A DNA stretch of 42,109 nucleotides from an uncultured Curvivirga sp. Lineage in GTDB: Bacteria > Pseudomonadota > Alphaproteobacteria > UBA8366 > Aestuariispiraceae. This document shows, piece by piece, positions 37,959 through 42,109 of this stretch. Positions within the stretch are counted from its first letter, which is position 1; each line of letters opens with the position of its first letter. The DNA is taken from assembly GCA_965602285.1 (NCBI GenBank), contig CBFCZA010000001.1:1-42109 (forward strand). Direction: 5' to 3'. A program made the translations under genes and the position numbers. The notes under the pieces are model-generated. The model ran no database searches, was not told where the DNA came from, and was given only the letters and a program-made list of their open reading frames with translations.

Positions 37959-39830
37959 GTGGCTATGATCATGACTATGACTGAACAAGATCAAAAATCA
38001 AAAGAATATCGCGTCCTCGCCCGTAAATATCGCCCAGCCAATTTCGAAGATATGGTGGGGCAAGAGGCCTTGGTACGTACCCTTACCAATGCTATTCAAT
38101 CTGGCAGGATTGCGCAGGCCTTCGTGCTAACGGGTGTGCGCGGTGTAGGTAAAACCACAACCGCCCGAATTATCGCAAAGGCCCTTAACTGCCTTGGTCC
38201 TGATGGTAATGGTAATCCCACTGCTTCCCCTTGTGGGGTTTGTGATAATTGTATCGCCATTGCAGAAGATCGCCATGTTGATGTGCAGGAAATGGATGCA
38301 GCATCACGTACTGGTGTGGATGATATCCGTGAATTGATCGAAGGTGTGCGCTATAAACCTGTTGCAGCACGCTACAAAATATACATCCTCGATGAGGTTC
38401 ACATGCTTTCAAAAAATGCATTTAATGCATTGTTGAAAACATTAGAAGAACCACCAGAGCATGTGAAGTTTATTTTTGCGACCACCGAAATTCGTAAAGT
38501 CCCGATCACAGTCTTAAGTCGTTGTCAGCGTTTTGACCTTCGTCGTATTCCTGTAGAAAAGCTTGCGGGGCATTTTAAGAAAATTGCCGATAGCGAAGGT
38601 ATAACTATCGAAGATGATGCGGTGGCGATGGTGGCTCGTGCGGCTGATGGTTCTGCACGTGATGGTCTCTCTATTTTGGATCAGGCAATAGCCCTTTCCG
38701 ATGGGACTATTTCTGCACAACAATTACGCGACATGTTGGGTTTAGCAGATCGTGCACGCATTTTTGATTTATTTGACAGCATGATGCGCGGACAAGCAGC
38801 GGAAGCCTTGGATGGTCTTCGCGGTATGTATGATGAAGGCGCAGATCCCGTTGTGATCATGCAAGATTTGTTGGATGTTTGTTATTGGTTAACCCGTTTA
38901 AAATTAACGCCAGCATTGGCAAGCGAACCTTCGACACCGGATATTGAACGCACCACAGGTGTGGAGATGGCGACGAAGTTAAGTCAATCGATTTTGAGTC
39001 GTTCTTGGCAAATGTTACTAAAAGGGTTGCATGAAGTGATGGGGGCACCCAACGCAATGCAAGCAGCAGAAATGGTTGTCGTGCGTCTTATTCATGTGGC
39101 GGATATGCCAACACCGGGTGATTTAGTTAAGAAACTATCACAACAAGGCGCCGGTGGTGGAAATGCTGGTGCATCTGGTGGGCCTTCAGGACAAGCTGCA
39201 CCATCAGGAAATGGACAACAAGCACAAGGCGCAGGACAGATGATGCCTTCTGATGTGCCAAATGGGGGCGGACCTAACGGAGGTGGTCAGCCAACAGCAC
39301 GTTTGGCGGCGGTCGGTGGGCAAGCAATTGCACAACCTGCTATGGAAATGGCACCCGTACTTGAAGAATATATCCAACCTCAAAATAATAGTGCTCAAAA
39401 TACAGCATCTTCTTCGAAGGGTCCAAAGAGTTTTGTTGAGGCGGTTGAGTTATTTAGAACCCGTCGTGAAGCACTTCTTGTTACGCATCTAGAGAACAGC
39501 GTGCACTTGGTGCGCTTTAAGCCGGGGCATATAGAAATGCGTATCGCCGGTGTGGCACCAAAAGACATTCATGGAAAAGTTGCACAGTTCCTAACGAGTT
39601 GGACGGAAGAAAGATGGATGGTCACCCTCAGTAATGAGGAAGGAGAACCAACACTTGCATCCCAAAAACAACAAGCGCAGCAAAGTTTACAGGATCAAGC
39701 CGAATTTGACCCGTTGGTAAAGGCCGTGAAGAAAGCCTTTCCTGAAGCACGGATTAAACGGGTTATAGAACCTATCGTCGCGCCTATTGATACAAATATG
39801 GAAACAGAGTTAGAACCAGATATAGAATGA
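37959..39830 (+). CDS. dnaX: DNA polymerase III subunit gamma/tau
   Basis: LARKYRP, GVRGVGKTT, zinc motif C..PCGVCDNC, DAAS, DEVHML, SRC; exact start uncertain. Confidence 0.98.
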   Translation: MAMIMTMTEQDQKSKEYRVLARKYRPANFEDMVGQEALVRTLTNAIQSGRIAQAFVLTGVRGVGKTTTARIIAKALNCLGPDGNGNPTASPCGVCDNCIAIAEDRHVDVQEMDAASRTGVDDIRELIEGVRYKPVAARYKIYILDEVHMLSKNAFNALLKTLEEPPEHVKFIFATTEIRKVPITVLSRCQRFDLRRIPVEKLAGHFKKIADSEGITIEDDAVAMVARAADGSARDGLSILDQAIALSDGTISAQQLRDMLGLADRARIFDLFDSMMRGQAAEALDGLRGMYDEGADPVVIMQDLLDVCYWLTRLKLTPALASEPSTPDIERTTGVEMATKLSQSILSRSWQMLLKGLHEVMGAPNAMQAAEMVVVRLIHVADMPTPGDLVKKLSQQGAGGGNAGASGGPSGQAAPSGNGQQAQGAGQMMPSDVPNGGGPNGGGQPTARLAAVGGQAIAQPAMEMAPVLEEYIQPQNNSAQNTASSSKGPKSFVEAVELFRTRREALLVTHLENSVHLVRFKPGHIEMRIAGVAPKDIHGKVAQFLTSWTEERWMVTLSNEEGEPTLASQKQQAQQSLQDQAEFDPLVKAVKKAFPEARIKRVIEPIVAPIDTNMETELEPDIE

Positions 39831-39929
39831 TTTCTGGATTGATTTCGTCGTTTTAATTCCCATATTAACGGTACGAAATAATTCCATATTTGGATGAAGA
39901 AAAATTACTAATATAGAAATGAGGATTTC

Positions 39930-40253
39930 ATGCTGAAACTAGGTCAGATGATGAAGCAAGCCCAAGAAATGCAGGGCAAAATGGAAGAAATGCAACAGAA
40001 GCTTATGGCTCATGAAGTCGAAGGGCAATCTGGTGCTGGCCTTGTGAAGGTTACTTTAGACGGCAAGGGTACAATGAAATCCTTATCTATTGACCCTAGT
40101 TTGATGAATGAAGATGAGAAAGAGATCCTCGAAGATTTACTGATAGCAGCCCATAATGATGCCAAAGTAAAAGTAGAGAATTTCATTCAAGAAAAAACAC
40201 AAGATGCCATGGGTGGGTTACAATTGCCTGAAGGCTTCAAATTGCCATTTTGA
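39930..40253 (+). CDS. ybaB: YbaB/EbfC nucleoid-associated protein
   Basis: [32 protein letters not shown]; lies between dnaX and recR. Confidence 0.96.
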   Translation: MLKLGQMMKQAQEMQGKMEEMQQKLMAHEVEGQSGAGLVKVTLDGKGTMKSLSIDPSLMNEDEKEILEDLLIAAHNDAKVKVENFIQEKTQDAMGGLQLPEGFKLPF

Positions 40254-40303
40254 TTTAAGTATTCCTTTCCATATGTGAACGTCCCACCATTAAGGCCCTT
40301 TCT

Positions 40304-40906
40304 ATGAATGAAATAGATCAAGTCGTACAATTGCTATCGCGCTTGCCGGGGTTAGGGCCACGTTCAGCCAAAAGAGCCACATTACATCTGTTGCAAAAAC
40401 GTGAAAGTTTAATGCGCCCATTGGCAGATGCTATTTCACGGGCTGCCGATCATATTTTGGAATGCGGAAACTGTGGAAATTTAGATAGCCACGACCCTTG
40501 TCATATTTGTAGTGACCAACGCCGTGATGGGGCAACTATTTGTGTAGTAGAACAGGTTGCTGACCTTTGGGCGCTGGAGCGTACTGGCGCATTCAAAGGG
40601 CGTTATCACGTATTAGGTGGGGTTCTATCTGCTTTAGATGGTATTGGGCCGGAAGATTTAAAAATTGCCAGTCTTTTGGATAGAGTTAGTGATGAGACTA
40701 ATCCTGTGAAAGAAATTATCTTAGCAACAAATTTAACTGTGGATGGACAAACTACGGCCCATTATATTACAGAGAGAGTAAATGAGCTGCCGGTTGCGGT
40801 TTCTCGGTTAGCGCATGGCGTTCCCGTGGGGGGAGAGCTTGATTATTTGGATGATGGAACATTAAGTGCTGCGTTGAAAGCCCGAAATGACTTGAAAAAA
40901 TCTTAA
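40304..40906 (+). CDS. recR: Recombination mediator RecR
   Basis: [10 protein letters not shown]4 zinc finger, [25 protein letters not shown]. Confidence 0.98.
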   Translation: MNEIDQVVQLLSRLPGLGPRSAKRATLHLLQKRESLMRPLADAISRAADHILECGNCGNLDSHDPCHICSDQRRDGATICVVEQVADLWALERTGAFKGRYHVLGGVLSALDGIGPEDLKIASLLDRVSDETNPVKEIILATNLTVDGQTTAHYITERVNELPVAVSRLAHGVPVGGELDYLDDGTLSAALKARNDLKKS

Positions 40907-40940
40907 TAATCTTAGGGTATTTAATTGAGTAAGGTAAGTT

Positions 40941-41660
40941 ATGATGAAAAAGCGCGTTTGGTTTATTTCCCAATTTGGTGACCCAGAACATTATGACATG
41001 ACTGTTTATCAGTCCTGCCCAAAAGGCGATGACGAAATTCATTGGATCAAACTTCAACTAGAAGAATTAGGTGTCTTAGACCAAATTGATTATCAAGGCG
41101 TACGTGTAGATCGTGGGGATGATCTTCCAGATATTAATGATGTGGATGCGGCTTTTTTGGGGGGCAGTTACCATTCAGTCCATGATGGTTTTGAATGGCA
41201 GTCAAAATTACAAAATTGGCTTGCTGCATATCATAAAGCTAACAAACCGCTATTTGGAATTTGTGGTGGACATCAGCAAATCGCAACATTTTTAGGATCG
41301 AACGTTGGTACAATTGAAACAGGTGTCATGGCAGGTAGTTTACCTGTGGATTTAACAGACGCGGGCAAAGAACATTTCTTATATAAAGACATCCCCGACG
41401 AAGGATTAAATTTCCATTTCGGAAATTATGAACATGTAGAAACTGCACCCGCAGGGGCAACTGTTCTTGCAACACGCCCTGAAATGCCTGCGATGGCAAT
41501 TGATTATGGAAATAGCTGGTACTCTGTTCAGTATCACCCAGAGGCAACTCGTGAGATGTTTCATGCAAGTTGGAGTAAATCAGACCCAACAAAGTGCGAT
41601 AATTACTATGAACTGCCCCATGCACCAAAAATGCTAAAGAACTTTATCGAAAATATTTAA
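40941..41660 (+). CDS. Type 1 glutamine amidotransferase domain protein
   Basis: GGSYHSVHD, nucleophile LFGICGGHQ, VQYHPE. Confidence 0.9.
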   Translation: MMKKRVWFISQFGDPEHYDMTVYQSCPKGDDEIHWIKLQLEELGVLDQIDYQGVRVDRGDDLPDINDVDAAFLGGSYHSVHDGFEWQSKLQNWLAAYHKANKPLFGICGGHQQIATFLGSNVGTIETGVMAGSLPVDLTDAGKEHFLYKDIPDEGLNFHFGNYEHVETAPAGATVLATRPEMPAMAIDYGNSWYSVQYHPEATREMFHASWSKSDPTKCDNYYELPHAPKMLKNFIENI

Positions 41661-42109
41661 TCTTCGTTAGTCTGTTCTAATTTTGGAAGCTCTGCGACGT
41701 CGTTAGTACTTTTGATGCTGATTTTCTTTTTGACTTTTAATCCAAGGTCTTTAAGCTTTTCTGCGCGCCCAATAAGATTGCCACTTCCCGTGCTGAGCTT
41801 TTTAAACGATTCATCTAAGGCTTTTTGTGATAGGCCAAGTTGTTTGTCGACTTTATTTAATTCGTCGATGAAGCCACTAAACTTATCGTACAAATTTCCG
41901 CCTTGGCGGGCGATCTCTTCTGCATTTTCCATTTGTCGTTCTGTGCGCCATAGGTGCTCTATGGTTCGCAACACCATCATGATGGTAGATGGGCTGGCGA
42001 TACCTATATTATTTTGTAGCGCTTGCTGGGCAAGGTTTGGATCCATCTCTAGTGCAAGCATCAGTGCAGATTCCAACGGTACAAACATAACCACGAAATC
42101 GGGGCTATG
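41657..42109 (-). CDS. rmuC: DNA recombination protein RmuC (3' part; runs off window end)
   Basis: SPDFVVMFVPLES, ASPST, WRTERQMENAEEIA, LYDKF, GSGNL. Confidence 0.93.
   Translation of the reverse strand, partial: HSPDFVVMFVPLESALMLALEMDPNLAQQALQNNIGIASPSTIMMVLRTIEHLWRTERQMENAEEIARQGGNLYDKFSGFIDELNKVDKQLGLSQKALDESFKKLSTGSGNLIGRAEKLKDLGLKVKKKISIKSTNDVAELPKLEQTNED

Noticed and set aside
39140-39420. Gly/Gln/Ala/Pro-rich stretch in dnaX; possible programmed frameshift giving a gamma subunit
   Set aside because: Low-complexity linkers are normal in alphaproteobacterial DnaX, and I found no A-AAA-AAG slippery site or long A-run here.
1-42109. Prophage, IS, integrase, toxin-antitoxin, tRNA or CRISPR features suggested by the several XRE genes
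   Set aside because: No integrase, transposase, structural phage gene, toxin partner, cloverleaf or repeat-spacer array was found. The XRE genes sit among housekeeping genes.

Overview
A fairly AT-rich chromosomal segment from a free-living alphaproteobacterium, probably marine and Rhodospirillales-like (inferred from gene order and protein families). It is mostly core genome: the pstSCAB-phoU operon with Pho boxes; an M23 peptidase, a group III truncated haemoglobin and an M14 carboxypeptidase; a stand-alone ammonium transporter with a sigma54/IHF/NtrC-type promoter; pgk; dapF-mtaB-ftsY...ispZ divergent from ffh-rpsP-rimM-trmD-rplS-leuC-(small ORF)-leuD-leuB; pheA, nudC, SRP RNA (ffs), dnaX-ybaB-recR and a partial rmuC. 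I saw no tRNA, rRNA, CRISPR array, transposase or phage genes. The interesting parts are small regulatory insertions into the conserved backbone. (1) An XRE helix-turn-helix domain is fused in frame to prephenate dehydratase, which keeps its own internal Shine-Dalgarno and ATG, and is preceded by a dense cluster of TGCA-core repeats. (2) A Cle-like receiver protein has an FxGPDRR c-di-GMP motif and an Hpt-like domain lacking the phosphoacceptor His. (3) A second XRE regulator has four tandem RRxxx repeats before its HTH. (4) An RHH-like/J-domain protein, an 18-bp perfect palindrome, and a very acidic small ORF translationally coupled between leuC and leuD are also present. Start codons were adjusted from the ORF track where an RBS or homology supported a shorter ORF.
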